From: Macrostomum lignano
Taxonomy: Eukaryota
Reading direction: 5' to 3'
NCBI GenBank assembly: GCA_002269645.1
Contig: NIVC01000876.1
Coordinates: 186,001 to 250,000, forward strand
Length of the DNA: 64,000 nt
The position numbers were made by a program, and so were the translations under genes. The notes beneath the pieces were generated by a model. That model was given only the letters and a program-made list of their open reading frames with translations. It did not search any database and was not told the origin of the DNA. Positions 24,770 through 38,009 of the stretch are shown here, one piece after another. Position 1 is the first letter of the stretch, and every line of letters starts with the position of its first letter.

Positions 24770-27700
24770 ATGCCCCTGCCTAGCAAGTCTCGGGTGTATG
24801 CAGATGCCAATCAGGTCCGGGAACGGCAGTACTGGGACTACGAAGTGCTTGTGATTGAATGGGGCAACCAGGATGACTATCAGATTGTGCGCAAGCTCGG
24901 CCGGGGCAAGTACTCGGAGGTGTTCGAGGGAATCAATGTTGCCGCGAATGAGAAAATTGTCATTAAGGTGAGCGCATTAAAATGCTTTTAATATTGCCAG
25001 CATTGTGTCAAATTTATCAGCAGAATTTGAATCCGTCTCATAGTCTTCTAGATTATATTTCTCATGACTCATGGATTTCTGTCAGTCATAGCTCATGACC
25101 CATATAGATTTGTCAGTCATTACTCATGACCCATTTAGACTTGTGTCAGTCATAGCTCATGACTCATTTAGATTTTGTCAGTCATAGCTCATGACCCAAT
25201 TAGATTTCTGTCAGTCATTGCTCATGACCCATTTAGATTTCTGTCAGCCATTGCTCATGACCCAATTAGATTTTGTCAGTCATAGCTCATGACCCAATTA
25301 GATTTCTGTCAGTCATTGCTCATGACCCATTTAGATTTCTGTCAGCCATTGCTCATGACCCAATTAGATTTGTGTCAGTCATAGCTCATGACCCATTTAG
25401 ATTTGTGTCAGTCATAGCTCATGACCCATTTAGATCTGTGCCAGTCAGCTCATGACCCATTTAGATTTCATCTACAAAAGTCTTCAAAATTGGCAGGTGC
25501 TCAAGCCGGTAAAAAAGAAGAAGATCAAGCGGGAGATCAAGATTCTGGAGAATCTGAAAGGCGGCGTCAACATCATCGGTCTCCAGGGCATCGTCAAGGA
25601 CCCGGTGTCGCGCACGCCCGCCCTGATCTTCGAGCACGTGAACAACGCGGACTTCAAGCAGCTGTACCAGACTCTCACGGACTATGATATTCGATTCTAC
25701 CTATTCGAACTGCTGAAGGCATTGGACTATTGTCACAGCAAGGGCATCATGCATCGGGATGTGAAGCCGCACAATGTCATGATTGACCACGAGCACAGAA
25801 AGGTTAGTTAGCCAAACTAAGCTGAGCACTAAGTAGATGTCGAAGCATCAGCCTATTAACATAAAGGTATACTTACTCCCGCTTTTTACCCAACAGTCGG
25901 TATGATGAAGATCTGGAATTTTAGCCGATAAATTACTTTACTATTTTTAACCTCTATCGCTGCATTACAATGCGACAGTGGCTATCGATACATATCGGCA
26001 TACATTAGCTACGATTCACTTGTAGCAGGCAGTCGATCTGTGGAGGCTCTTTGATTTTTCTGGAGCCGTTCACTTTTGCAGCTGTTTGACAGCACAAGAT
26101 CTTTTAATGCTCTTTTAATATCTTTTTATCTACATTCCCCAGTTTATCTGATAGATGTGAATTCCCTAGTTTATCTCAGAGATCTGATTTCCCCAGTTCA
26201 TCTCAGAGATCTGAATTTTTCAGTTTACCTCAGAGATCTGAATTCCCCAGTTCATCTCAGAGATCTGAATTCCCCAGTTTATTTGAGAGATCTGAATTCC
26301 CCAGTTCATCTCAGAGATCTGAATTCCCCAGTTTATCTCAGAGATCTGAATTCCCCCGTTTATCTCAGAGATCTGAATTCCCCAGTTTATCTCAGAGATC
26401 TGAATTCCCCAGTTCATCTCAGAGATCTGAATTTCCCAGTTTATCTCAGAGATCTGAATTCCCCAGTTTATCTCAGAGATCTGAATTCCCCAGTTCATCT
26501 CAGAGATCTGAATTTCCCAGTTTATCTCAGAGATCTGAATTCCCCCGTTTATCTCAGAGATCTGAATTCCCCAGTTAATTTGAGAGATCTGAATTCCCCA
26601 GTTCATCTCAGAGATCTGAATTTCCCAGTTTATCTCAGAGATCTGAATTCCCCCGTTTATCTCAGAGATCTGAATTCCCCAGTTTATCTCAGAGATCTGA
26701 ATTCCCCAGTTTATCTCAGAGATCTGAATTCCCCAGTTCATCTCAGAGATCTGAATTCCCCAGTTTATCTCAGAGATCTGAATTCCCCAGTTTATCTCAG
26801 AGATCTGAATTCCCCAGTTTATCTCAGAGATCTGAATTCCCCAGTTTATCTCAGAGATCTGAATTCCCCAGTTTACTTTACCTAAATTCTTGCAGCTTCG
26901 CCTCATTGACTGGGGCCTTGCGGAGTTCTACCACGCCGGCCAGGAGTACAATGTGCGGGTGGCATCCCGGTACTTCAAGGGGCCCGAACTGCTGCTGGAT
27001 TATCAGGTTTGCCTTTGACATCGCCTTGCTTTGATACTTTAAATATCATTGCGAAATATAACCTCTGGTATGGCAGCTCAGGTAGCTTCAGGTATGGCAG
27101 CTCAGGTAGCTTCAGGTATGGCAGCTCAGGTAGCTTCAGGTATGGCAGCTCAGGTAGCTTCAGGTATGGCAGCTCAGGTAGCTTCAGGTATGGCAGCTCA
27201 GGTAGCTTCAGGTATGGCAGCTCAGGTAGCTTCAGGTATGGCAGCTCAGGTAGCTTCAGGTATGGCAGCTCAGGTAGCTTCAGGTATGGCAGCTCAGGTA
27301 GCTTCAGATATGGCAGCTCAGGTAGCTTCAGGTATGGCAGCTCAGGTAGCCTCAGCTTCCTCGCTTCACACGCCCGTCCAGATGTACGATTACTCCTTGG
27401 ACATGTGGAGCCTGGGCTGCATGTTCGCCTCCATGATCTTCAAGAAGGAGCCGTTCTTCCACGGCCACGACAACTACGACCAGCTGGTGCGCATCGCCAA
27501 GGTGCTGGGCACCGACGAGCTGTTCGCCTACATCAGGAAGTACCAGATGGCATTGGACGCGCGGTTTAACGACATTCTGGCCAAGCACAGCAGGAAGCGG
27601 TGGGAGCGCTTCGTCCATACCGCAAATCAGCATCTCGTCAGCGCCGAGGCCATCGACTTTCTCGATCGGCTGCTGCGCTACGATCACGCGGAGCGCCTCA

Positions 27701-28990
27701 CCGCCAGGGAGGCCATGGAGCATCCTTACTTCAGTGAGCTGAGCTGGCGTGTGGGATATGGGAATGAAGTGTGGGATCTGGGACTGAAGTGTGGGGATCT
27801 GGGAATGAAGTGTGGGATATGGGACTGAAGTGTGGGGATCTAAGACTGAAGTGTGGGATATGGGACTGAAGTGTAGGGATATGGAATGAAGTGTGGGATA
27901 TGGGACTGAAGTGTGGGATATGGGACTGAAGTGTAGGGATCTGAACTGAAGTGTAGCGATATGGACTAAAGTGTGGGATATAGACGAAAGTGTGGGATAT
28001 GGGACTGAAGTGTGGGGATATAGGAATGAAGTGTGGGATATGGGACTGAAGTGTGGGGATCTAAGACTGAAGTGTGGGATATGGACTGAAGTGTAGGGAT
28101 ATGGGACTGAAGTGTAGGGATATGGGACTGAAGTGTAGGGATATGGGGCTGAAGTGTAGGGATCTGAGACTGTAGTGTAGGGATCTATTGCTCTATATCT
28201 GGGATCTAGGTTCTAGATAAAAGATATAGAAATATAGTTATGGGTGGGATCTGAGACTTGAGACTGAAGCAGCATCTGAGTCAATGGAGCTCCGTCCCCC
28301 TCTGTCTGCCCCGCAGCTCCCATCGTGCGGGACCAGGGCGGCATGCCGCCAGCAAACTCCTCCGCTCTCGCACCTGACGGCACGGCCGGTTCCGCTGGGG
28401 CCACCGGCATCGGCGGCAGCTCCGCAGGCGGTGAGTAGATTATGAGATGCTGGGAGATTAGATTATGAGATGCTGGGAGATTAGATTATGAGATGCTAGA
28501 AGATTAGAGATGCTAAGAGATAGATTATGAGATGCTAGGAGATTAGATCATGAGATGCTGGGAGATTAGATTATGAGATGCTAGGAGATTAGATTATGAG
28601 ATGCTAGGAGATTAGATTATGAGATGCTAAGAGATTAGATTATGAGATGCTAGGAGATTAGATCATGAGATGCTAGGAGATTAGATTATGAGATGCTAGG
28701 AGATAGATTATGAGATGCTGGAAGATTAGATTATGAGATGCTAGGACATTAGATCATGAGAGTCTAGGAGATAGATTATGAGATGCTAGGAGATTAGATC
28801 ATGAGATGCTAGGAGATTAGAATATGAGATGCTGGGAGATTAGATCATGAGCTGTCAGGAGATTAGATCAAGAGCTGCTAGGAGATTAGATAATGAGCTG
28901 AAAAATGTCGAATCGCTTCTCCCAACCCCCGCAGCTGTCGGCTACGGCACAGCCACCTCAGGCAGTTCGGGTCCCATCTATCAGAACTGA
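24770..28990 (+). CDS. CSNK2A1: Casein kinase II subunit alpha, 378 aa, 6 exons
   Basis: Exons 24770-24967, 25497-25802, 26896-27006, 27382-27733, 28317-28430, 28935-28990 (1137 nt, phase-consistent). GCCGCCATG start; [43 protein letters not shown]. Confidence 0.97.
25075..25468. repeat. 32-33 bp minisatellite, CK2a intron 1
   Basis: GTCAGTCATAGCTCATGACCCATTTAGATTTGT. Confidence 0.93.
26140..26876. repeat. 27-bp minisatellite, CK2a intron 2
   Basis: GAGATCTGAATTCCCCAGTTTATCTCA. Confidence 0.95.
27066..27352. repeat. 24-bp minisatellite, CK2a intron 3
   Basis: GGTATGGCAGCTCAGGTAGCTTCA, near-perfect. Confidence 0.95.
27745..28190. repeat. 20-21 bp minisatellite, CK2a intron 4
   Basis: GGGACTGAAGTGTGGGATAT. 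Confidence 0.93.
28437..28900. repeat. 23-bp minisatellite, CK2a intron 5
   Basis: GATTAGATTATGAGATGCTAGGA. Confidence 0.93.
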
Positions 28991-29747
28991 GTTGGCGGGC
29001 TTGGTTAATAAATAATGCAAATTAATATTGACTGCATTGAAGCTCGGCGGGCGGCCGCGGGGCTGTTGGTAATAATCAATATTTTTTTATTCGTGATTCT
29101 GCAGTTGAGCTGTCTGTAGTGTTCGCGGTTTTATAATAATTTGTTTTAATTTTTTTCCAATTTCCAATTAATTTTTTCTTGATGTCTCACGCTTGAGAAA
29201 TGAATGTTGGATAAAGTGAGCAAAGGGTGAAAAAGTAAGAGCAGGTAGTTTGGGATATAGATTTTGCTAACTGATTTGCCAACAATCAAAACAATAATTT
29301 CCTGGATTACCATATTTCCGTTCGTGTCAATTTCCTTTCCTAATCTGGAGCTTCTCCGACCGCTTCCTTCTCCGTCTGCTTCAATCTGTTGCTTTAACCT
29401 GAGACTTGAGTTTGTGCTGCACAAGTTTTAAATTGCCGAATTAAGTATCATACATTTATTCAATATTTAAATCTCTGTTTTATAAGGGGGGCGTGTGTGA
29501 TCTGCTATATTGAATATTGTGTGAAACATTGATCAACTTTAGTAGCCTGTCACATTTTCTCTCACTTATTACTGACTAAGAAGTAGTAATTGAAATTAAT
29601 TCTAGTAAAAATATAACTGTGTACATTTCTGCCCAATTATAACATGGCCGTTGGTGTTGGCGTTGCGCTTGAACTCACAGGCAGTGGACTGGCCTTGACT
29701 GACACGAACATCTTGCTGAATCTGCTTCTGTGTTTATTGCTTTTCCA

Positions 29748-30093
29748 TGTCAGGTGATAGCTGACTGACAGGACAGTCTGACTGCTACCTGTCAGGTGAT
29801 AGCTGACTGACAGGGCATTCTGACTGCTACTTGTCAGGTGATAGCTGACTGACAGGACAGTCTGACTGCTACCTGTCAGGTGATAGCTGACTGACAGGAC
29901 ATTCTGACTGCTACCTGTCAGGTGATAGCTGACTGACAGGGCATTCTGACTGCTACCTGACAGGTGATAGCTGACTGACAGGACATTCTGACTGCTACTT
30001 GTCAGGTGATAGCTGACTGACAGGACATTCTCACTGCTAACCTGTCAGGTGATAGCTGACTGACAGGACAGTCTGACTGCTACCTGTCAGGTG
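29748..30093. repeat. 42-bp minisatellite, about 8 copies
   Basis: CTGTCAGGTGATAGCTGACTGACAGGACAGTCTGACTGCTAC; contains inverted CTGTCAG/CTGACAG. Confidence 0.93.
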
Positions 30094-30654
30094 CTATTGG
30101 AATACGTATGTAACAATGCATTTACTATCTGAAAATACTATTTATAAGTGCATACTCGAAGTTTCTAAATGCTAGCTGTGCAAATGCTTGTAAGCCTACT
30201 TTAAGTAGGCTACGCGACACTCGATTTAATTCAACAGAACGATAGTAGAAAAAAACAGTTAAAAATTGCGAGCTCACGCACCAGCGCATGCAGATGTGGC
30301 GGCTGAAATCCGGGATGAAATGCGGGCGGAGTCGCTCGCTTCCCGTGGGGCCTCTTTGCCGGCCGGCTCCGAGTGGGGATCAATTGGTCCGGCTTTCTCG
30401 GGGCAACGCGGGCCCGTAGAGATAATCGCCTCTGCAATCTGCTGCCTGCTCTGTGTGTTTCACTGGCTCCCCTGGCACTGTCCTCGGAATCCCCCCAGGA
30501 GTGCCAAACTGAGCTCAGCGATGCAGAAAGAAACTTTTTGCCCGCATCCAGAATTCCCTATTGAAGATCATATATTGGTGGTTCTCCGTTCCTGCGTATG
30601 TCATTGCCTTCTTGTTGTTATTTTGACCCTCTGATTGTGTGCTGTTGCTGTCTG

Positions 30655-31300
30655 AGCCCTGCTAGCACTCCCTGAATACCCTGCTAGTACTCTCTGAATA
30701 CCCTGCTAAGCACTCCCTAAAACCCTGTTAGTACTCCCTATATACCCTGCTAGCACTCCCTGAATACCCTGCTAGCACTCTCTGAATACCCTGCTAGTAC
30801 TCTCTGAATACCCTGCTAGGACTCTCTGAATACCCTGCTAGTACTCTCTGAATACCCTGCTAGTGCTCTTTGAATACCCTGCTTGCACTCTCTGAATACC
30901 CTGCTAGCACTCCCTGAATACCCTGCTAGTACTCCCTGAATACCCTGCTAGCACTCCCTGAATACCCTGCTAGCACTCCCTGAATACCCTGCTAGTACTC
31001 TCTGAATACCCTGCTAGCACTCTCTGAATACCCTGCTAGCACTCCCTGAATACCCTGCTAGCACTCCCTGAATACCCTGCTAGTACTCTCTGAATACCCT
31101 GCTAAGCACTCCCTTATAACCTGCTAGCACTCTCTGAATACCCTGCTAGCACTCTCTGAATACCCTGCTAGCACTCCCTGAATACCCTGCTAGTACTCTC
31201 TGAATACCCTGCTAGTACTCTCTGAATACCCTGCTAGCACTCTCTGAATACCCTGCTAGCACTCCCTGAATACCCTGCTAGCGCTTCCTGAAGCCCCTGC
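30655..31300. repeat. 22-bp minisatellite
   Basis: CCCTGCTAGCACTCTCTGAATA. Confidence 0.95.
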
Positions 31301-31954
31301 ACACGCCCCTGAATTCAAAGGGCCTTCTGAACCCCCTTGCCAGCAACCCCTGCGGTGCCTTCTGGCACCCTTTCTGTCATCATCCTATAGCTCTGGCACT
31401 GACAACCTGTACATGTTTCACATCTGCAGTATAACTAGATCTCTAGGCTGGGGTAGTTATCCGGCCAAGCGAAGCTGCAGTCATGCAAATTGTAGATCAT
31501 TCTGCATTGGTCCTGCAGCAGCAGCTGGCGCAGGCGTTGTACATGCAGTTGAGTCAGTGTTCACTTCAAACACCCCCCAGCCGCTGATCTCTTTTGTTAT
31601 CTTAGCGAGTGGAAGTCCCGGTCAGCTGATTTCATTCTGGCTGAATTCGGCCTGGCTAAGCTCAATGCGAGCGGTCAGGCGAAAGAATAAATGATGCGCC
31701 CATTTTCTGCTTGGTTAGCCGCGACATGGTCCCGCGCAATGCCCCGCATCCTCCTCGTCCCTTGTGACGTCATCGCCCGGCAGCTCAAGAAAGAGGGCTA
31801 AGGAGGCAGGAAGGAGATTTAGCATGTCAAGTTGCGGGGATCTGATTTTGGAAGATATGAAATATCATACTTGGCTTTGGCATTCAGTTTCCTGAGTAGC
31901 CATCAGATACAAGTGTGTGGGATAGACTACCTATGGATGTAGTTGAAAATCAGA

Positions 31955-32570
31955 AACCGCCCCTCAAATGAAATGGCGCCCCCTAAAGTTAACTGGCTCC
32001 CCCTCAACTGAAATGGCGCCCCTCAACTGAAATGGCGCCCCTCAACTGAAATGGCCCCCCTCAACTGAAATGGTGCCACCTCAACTGAAATGGCGCCCCC
32101 TCAACTGAAATGGCGCCCCCTCAACTGAAATTGCGCCCCCTCAAATGAAATGGCGCCCCCTCAACTGAAATGGCGCCCCCTCAAACAAAAAGGCGCCCCC
32201 TCAAATGAAATGGCGCCCCTCAACTGAGATGGCGCCCCTCAAATGAAATGGCACCCCTCAACTGAAATAGCGCCCCCTCAACTGAAATGGCGCCCCCTCA
32301 AATGAAATGGCGCCCCTCAACTGAGATGGCGCCCCTCAACTGAGATGGCGCCCTCTCAACTGAGATGGCACCCCTCAACTGAGATGGCGCCCCTCAACTG
32401 AAATGGCGCCCCTCAACTGAGATGGCGCCCTCTCAAATAAAATGGCGCCCCCCTCAAATGAAAAACCGCTAACTCAAATGGAATGGCGGCGACACAAATA
32501 AAATGACGCCCTCTTAAATGGAATTGCGCCCCAGCAATTGAAATGGCGCCCTCTCAACTAAAATGGCGCC
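31955..32570. repeat. 20-22 bp minisatellite
   Basis: CCTCAACTGAAATGGCGCCC with a variable C run. Confidence 0.93.
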
Positions 32571-32961
32571 TCGTTAAGGACGCCCCGCAGCTGGTTTTGC
32601 GAAGGTGATGGACTTCAATTAGCATTTATGCAAAAATACTACCAGAGATGCACCTAGCCATGAGATGCTGAGCGTACATTACATGCCTGGTGTGCGGCTT
32701 GTAAAATCCATGACGATTATTTAACAGGAATAAATCATCGCCATGTGGTTCGGATATTCGAGTCTTTTTTGAAGAATGCCGCCATTTTTCTGCTGCCCAT
32801 TTCTAATCTCGGCAGTTAATTTTGCTGACTGCGCACTGCTTGCATGGCCGCTCATATCCGCTCTCTGGCGTGCGTCTTGCTGCCCATCGGGCCCGTGACT
32901 CACCGCGTGCGGCATAGGAAAATGCGCGAGAAATGAATTGAAAATTTTAGCTGCCATTTCT

Positions 32962-32969
32962 TCTGTCTG

Positions 32970-33012
<43 letters not shown>

Positions 33013-33033
33013 ATGTATGTCTGTCTGTCTTCG

Positions 33034-33098
<65 letters not shown>

Positions 33099-33141
33099 GT
33101 CTGTCTGTCTGTCTGTCTGTATGTATGTCTGTCTGTCTTCG

Positions 33142-33196
<55 letters not shown>

Positions 33197-33429
33197 ATGT
33201 CTGTCTGTCTTCGTGTCTGTCTGTCTGTCTGTCTGTCTTCGTGTCTGCCTGTCTGTCTGTCTGTCTATCTGTCTTCGTGTCTGCCTGTCTGTCTGTCTGT
33301 CTGTCTTCGTGTCTGCCTGTCTGTCTGTCTGTCTATCTGTCTTCGTGTCTGCCTGTCTGTCTGTCTGTCTGTCTGTCTTCGTGTCCGCCTGTCTGTCTGT
33401 CTGTCTGTCTATCTGTCTTCGTGTCTGCC

Positions 33430-33472
<43 letters not shown>

Positions 33473-33761
33473 ATGTCTGTCTGTCTGTCTGTCTATCTGT
33501 CTTCGTGTCTGCCTGTCTGTCTGTCTGTCTGTCTTCGTGTCTGCCTGTCTGTCTGTCTGTCTGTCTTCGTGTCTGCCTGTCTGTCTGTCTGTCTATCTGT
33601 CTTCGTGTCTGCCTGTCTGTCTGTCTGTCTGTCTGTCTGTATGTATGTCTGTCTGTCTGTCTGTCTTTCTGTCTTCGTGTCTGCCTGTCTATCTGTCTGT
33701 CTGTCTGTCTTCGTGTCTGTCTGTCTGTCTGTCTTCGTGTCTATCTGTCTGTCTGTCTGTT

Positions 33762-33798
<37 letters not shown>

Positions 33799-33842
33799 TC
33801 GTGTCTGCCTGTCTATCTGTCTGTCTGTCTGTCTTTCTGTCT
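32962..33842. repeat. Interrupted (GTCT)n microsatellite
   Basis: Recurrent TTCGT interruptions. Confidence 0.97.
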
Positions 33843-34429
33843 GTTGTCCACCTTAATCTGTCCTACTATATGTCTGTTTGCTTGCCTGTCTGCATTAGTG
33901 TGTCTGTCTGCATGTCTGGCCCATGTCCATCAGTTCTTTTATCAGTCTAATTTTTCTGTTTGTCTTTTCGCGTAATATCTGCCGGCTGTATCGGCGGTAT
34001 ACTTCGTCCCCGCCGATCCTGACCCTCTTGGCAACAAGAACCCAAGACGCTTAAGCCGGGTGTCGCGCGACATTCTTGGCAATAAATAATCGCATTTCTC
34101 CTGCCTATCGGCAAAGCGTGGAATGTGTCCCGCGGCCTGGGTTGAGGGGCAGTTTGCAACCTCAGTTGGCATCCCGGTGCGAACCCAGCAGAATTTACTC
34201 TGCAGTCACCAGTATCCTCACTGTTGCAACCAAAACTTCTGCTGAAAAAAGCACTGCAGAATTTCAGTTTCCCATTCCAAGGAACGCAGCGGGTTAATAG
34301 AGTTAAAATGAGTGATGGAGAATGTGGACAGTTGTGGGGTGGCACTTTCTGAGGCATGAGAGCGGGGCTTCTGACATTCTGTTTAGAATAGTATAAAAGC
34401 AGACTGAAGGTATATATGATCTAAGCCGA

Positions 34430-35170
34430 GGGTGAGATGAGAGATAAGATCCAGACTGGAGGTGAGATGGGATAATCAAGACTGGGGGTGAGATAATAGA
34501 TAAGATTCAGGCTGGTTTGAGATAAAGATAAGATCCAGACTGGGGATGAGATGAGAGATAAGATTCCGACTGGGTGTGAGATTAGAGATAAGATCCAGAT
34601 TGGGTGTGAGATTAGAGATAAGATCCAGATTGGGTGTGAGATTAGAGATAAGATGCAGACTTGGTGTGAGATGAGAGATACGATCCAGATTGGAGGTGAG
34701 ATGAGAGATAAGAATCAGACTGGTGTGAGATGAGAGATAAGATCCAGACTGGGGTGAGATGAGAGATAAGATCCAGACTAAGTGTGAGATTAGAGATAAG
34801 ATCCAGATTGGGTGTGAGATTAGAGATAAGATCCAGACTTGGTGTGAGATTAGAGATAAGATGCAGACTTGGTGTGAGATGAGAGATACGATCCAGATTG
34901 GAGGTGAGATGAGAGATAAGAATCAGACTGGTGTGAGATGAGAGATACGATCCAGATTGGAGGTGAGATGAGAGATAAGAATCAGACTGGTGTGAGATGA
35001 GAGATAAGATCCAGACTGGGGTGAGATGAGAGATAAGATCCAGACTGGGGTGAGATGAGAGATAAGATCAAGACTGGGGGTGAGATTAGAGAATCAAAAC
35101 TGAGGTTGAGATGACAGATAAGATCAAGACTAGGGTGAGATGAGATATAAGATAAAGACTTGGGTGAGAT
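34430..35170. repeat. 28-30 bp minisatellite with an approximately 208-bp higher-order duplication
   Basis: GAGATAAGATCCAGACTGGGGTGAGATGA; blocks from 34551 and 34759 are nearly identical. Confidence 0.92.
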
Positions 35171-35802
35171 GAAAGATTCGCCCATCTCAGGGCAGATTGG
35201 GGTGCTGAGACAATGCAATGCTGATTGTCTGGGAGAAGAATTTCTCAACTCTCAATCAGAAATTTTCACAGTGCTTCCAAAAGCAGAAATCCCCGCGCTC
35301 GGCCGAAAGAGAGATCGGGGGTGGCAAATCCCGAAATCGAAGAACTTGTCCTCACCAACTGGAGATGAAGCCGGGAGCCGAGTTTAGCCCCAGCTCAAAG
35401 TGTGAGATCTTTCGGGACAGTCTCTCGCGCTGATGAAGCTGCGCGGACCTTTTCTCCACTCGAGGGCTCATGGCTTGGACTCCTAATTGTTTGAGTTCAC
35501 ACTGGGTCCGGGGGGTCAGAGACAGGGGCAGAGTGCCGCGAATTCGGTCTTTTTGCCGACTTTGGCCAGCCCCTCAAAATCTGTGCCGCAGTTGCCGAGG
35601 GCGAAAGAAGTTGCCGGGCTGTCTGTGGGGCCAGCCGTCATTGAGTTAGCCTTGGCTTCGGCTGCCCGACCGCGGCTCAGTCGATAAAATCTCCAGCCGG
35701 CGAATTTCTTGATCTGCGTGTCAATTGGGTGAAGGAGGGATTTTTCTGTGTGAGAGATTCTCTTTTGCAACTCTCTGATGAGTCCATTTTTTTAGCACGA
35801 GT

Positions 35803-36265
35803 CTTACCCGAATCTTCACTGAACCCGAATCTTCACTGAACCCGAATCTTCACTGAACCCGAATCTTCACTGAACTCGAGTCTTCATCACTGAACCCGAA
35901 TCTTCACTGAACCCGAATCTTCACTGAACCTGAATCTTCACTGAACCCGAATCTTCACTGAACCCGAATCTTCACTGAACCTGAATCTTCACTGAACCTG
36001 AATCTTCACTGAACCCGAATCTTCACTGAACTCAAATCTTCACTAAACCCGAATCTTCACTGAACTCAAATCTTCACTGAACCCGAATCTTCACTAAATC
36101 CGAATCTTCACTGAACCAGAATCTTCACTGAACCCGAATCTTCACTGAACTCAAATCTTCACTGAACCCGAATCTTTACTGAACCCGAATCTTCACTGAA
36201 CCCGAGTCTTCATCACTGAACCCGAATCATCACTGAACCCAAATCTTCACTGAACCCGAATATTC
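35803..36265. repeat. 17-bp minisatellite
   Basis: CTGAACCCGAATCTTCA. Confidence 0.95.
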
Positions 36266-36774
36266 AGCAAAATTAATTTGTACCAACCTTAATCTAAACC
36301 AATTCGAAATTTAATTGAAATATGAATTTAACTCGGTTTTATTGAACCGCAAAGTCCTGAGCCGGCAGCGCTCTGCCTTCCTGTATGCTTTTTTCAGTGA
36401 GACTTTTGTCTAAATTAACTTAACAACTTTTTCCAGGTCCAGCATCCTAATCTGCAGCCTCATCCGCAGAGGCCGCAATGACAGCTGGTCAGATCCATTT
36501 TATGCCCAGCGGTTCCGCCCTGCCGGCCCTCTGGGACTTTGTTTTGTTGCTTAGATTTTCTTTGAAACATATCGGCGCTTATCGCTTGAATATTAGTCAT
36601 ATGAAACGAATGTATTTATAGAATTAGACACAAGAATGATGATGGAAGACCCGGGCGCCTCCGATAGCGGTGGGGACTCGCTATTCAAGGACATCTGAGC
36701 AGTAAACTCTGGAGTGGAAACCCATTCGTTTTTAACACATTTTATCGCAAAATTTTGTGATTTCGCAGTTTTTT

Positions 36775-37370
36775 AGGATTGGAGATTTGGGATTTGGGAT
36801 TTGGAAGTTTTGGGGATTTGGGATTTGGCATTTGGAAGTTTTGGGGATTTGGGATTTGGGATTTGGAAGTTTTAGAGATTTGGGATTTGGAAGTTTTGGA
36901 GATTTGGGATTTGGGATTTGGAAGTTTTGGGGATTTGGGATTTGGGATTTGGAAGTTTTGGGGATTTGGGATTTGGAAGTTTTGGAGATTTGGGATTTGG
37001 GATTTGGAAGTTTTCGGGATTTGGGATTTGGAAGTTTTGGAGATTTGGGATTTGGGATTTGGAAGTTTTCGGGATTTGGGATTTGGAAGTTTTGGAGATT
37101 TGTGATTTGTGATTTGGAATTTTTTGGGATTTGGGACTTGGGAATTTTTGGGATTTGAGACTTGGGAGTTTTTGGGATTGGGGACTTGGAAGTTTCGGGG
37201 ATTTGGAATTCGGGAGTTTTGAGATAGGGGGTTTTAAGAGTTTTAGGATGGGTTTAGAGAGTTTGGGGGTTTGGGATTTGGGAGTTTAGGGGATTTGCGA
37301 TTTGAGTATTTTAAGGGTTTAGGGTTGGAGAGTTTTGGGATTTAGGATTGGGGAGTTTTGGGATTTGAAA
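36775..37370. repeat. G/T-rich (GGGATTT)n array with GGAAGTTTT interruptions
   Basis: Seen directly; degenerates toward 37370. Confidence 0.9.
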
Positions 37371-37753
37371 GAAAGAATCAGGACACTGGGACTCGTAAGC
37401 TTGTCTGGGAGGCGCACAGTCCGCATCCAGATCGCCTGGGCTGGCCGATTCCAATCGCCAGCTGTTGCAGAAAAAACCTCCAAAAGAACGGAGGCAAGAA
37501 TCATAATAAACTGCTTTTTATCAAGCCGCAATCTCCCCGGGAAAATTCTCCCCTCTCTTAGCGGCGCATCTGGGGAAGCTGTGGAGTTTCCTGTGCTGAG
37601 GGGATATTCGAGACCGGCCGGGGTGTTGACAGTGGCTGAGGGTGAGGAGAAGGCGCCCCATCACCTCCCTGTGGCTTATCACTTCTCCTTCCTCACTTGG
37701 TGGCGGCGGGTAGGAGCCGCGAGCCAGCGATATTAAAGTTTGCTGTGTGCTGT

Positions 37754-37787
<34 letters not shown>

Positions 37788-38009
37788 GCACACCCGGTGC
37801 ACACACCGCTATATCAAGTATTTAGACGTTGAGGCCCCAGGTTCCTCCTTATCAGCGACACAAGGTGAGAGAGTAAAGTCTCTATGTAAAAAAGATGAAG
37901 GAGCTCTGAGGCTGCAGGTCTGCTCCGTTCTTGACTGCATGTGTTTTTTGTTCTGTGTTGGGATAAGTGGAAGTGGGGGCAGAAGGGCTCGAGAGAGCAA
38001 GCAGTAACA

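Noticed and set aside
27009-27828. Repetitive ORFs (YGSSGSFR)n and (MAAQVASG)n, the latter in frame with CK2 exon 4; resembles a neuropeptide precursor or novel isoform
   Set aside because: They are translations of the 24-bp intron 3 minisatellite. There are no dibasic cleavage sites or signal peptide, and intron retention hits TGA at 27016.
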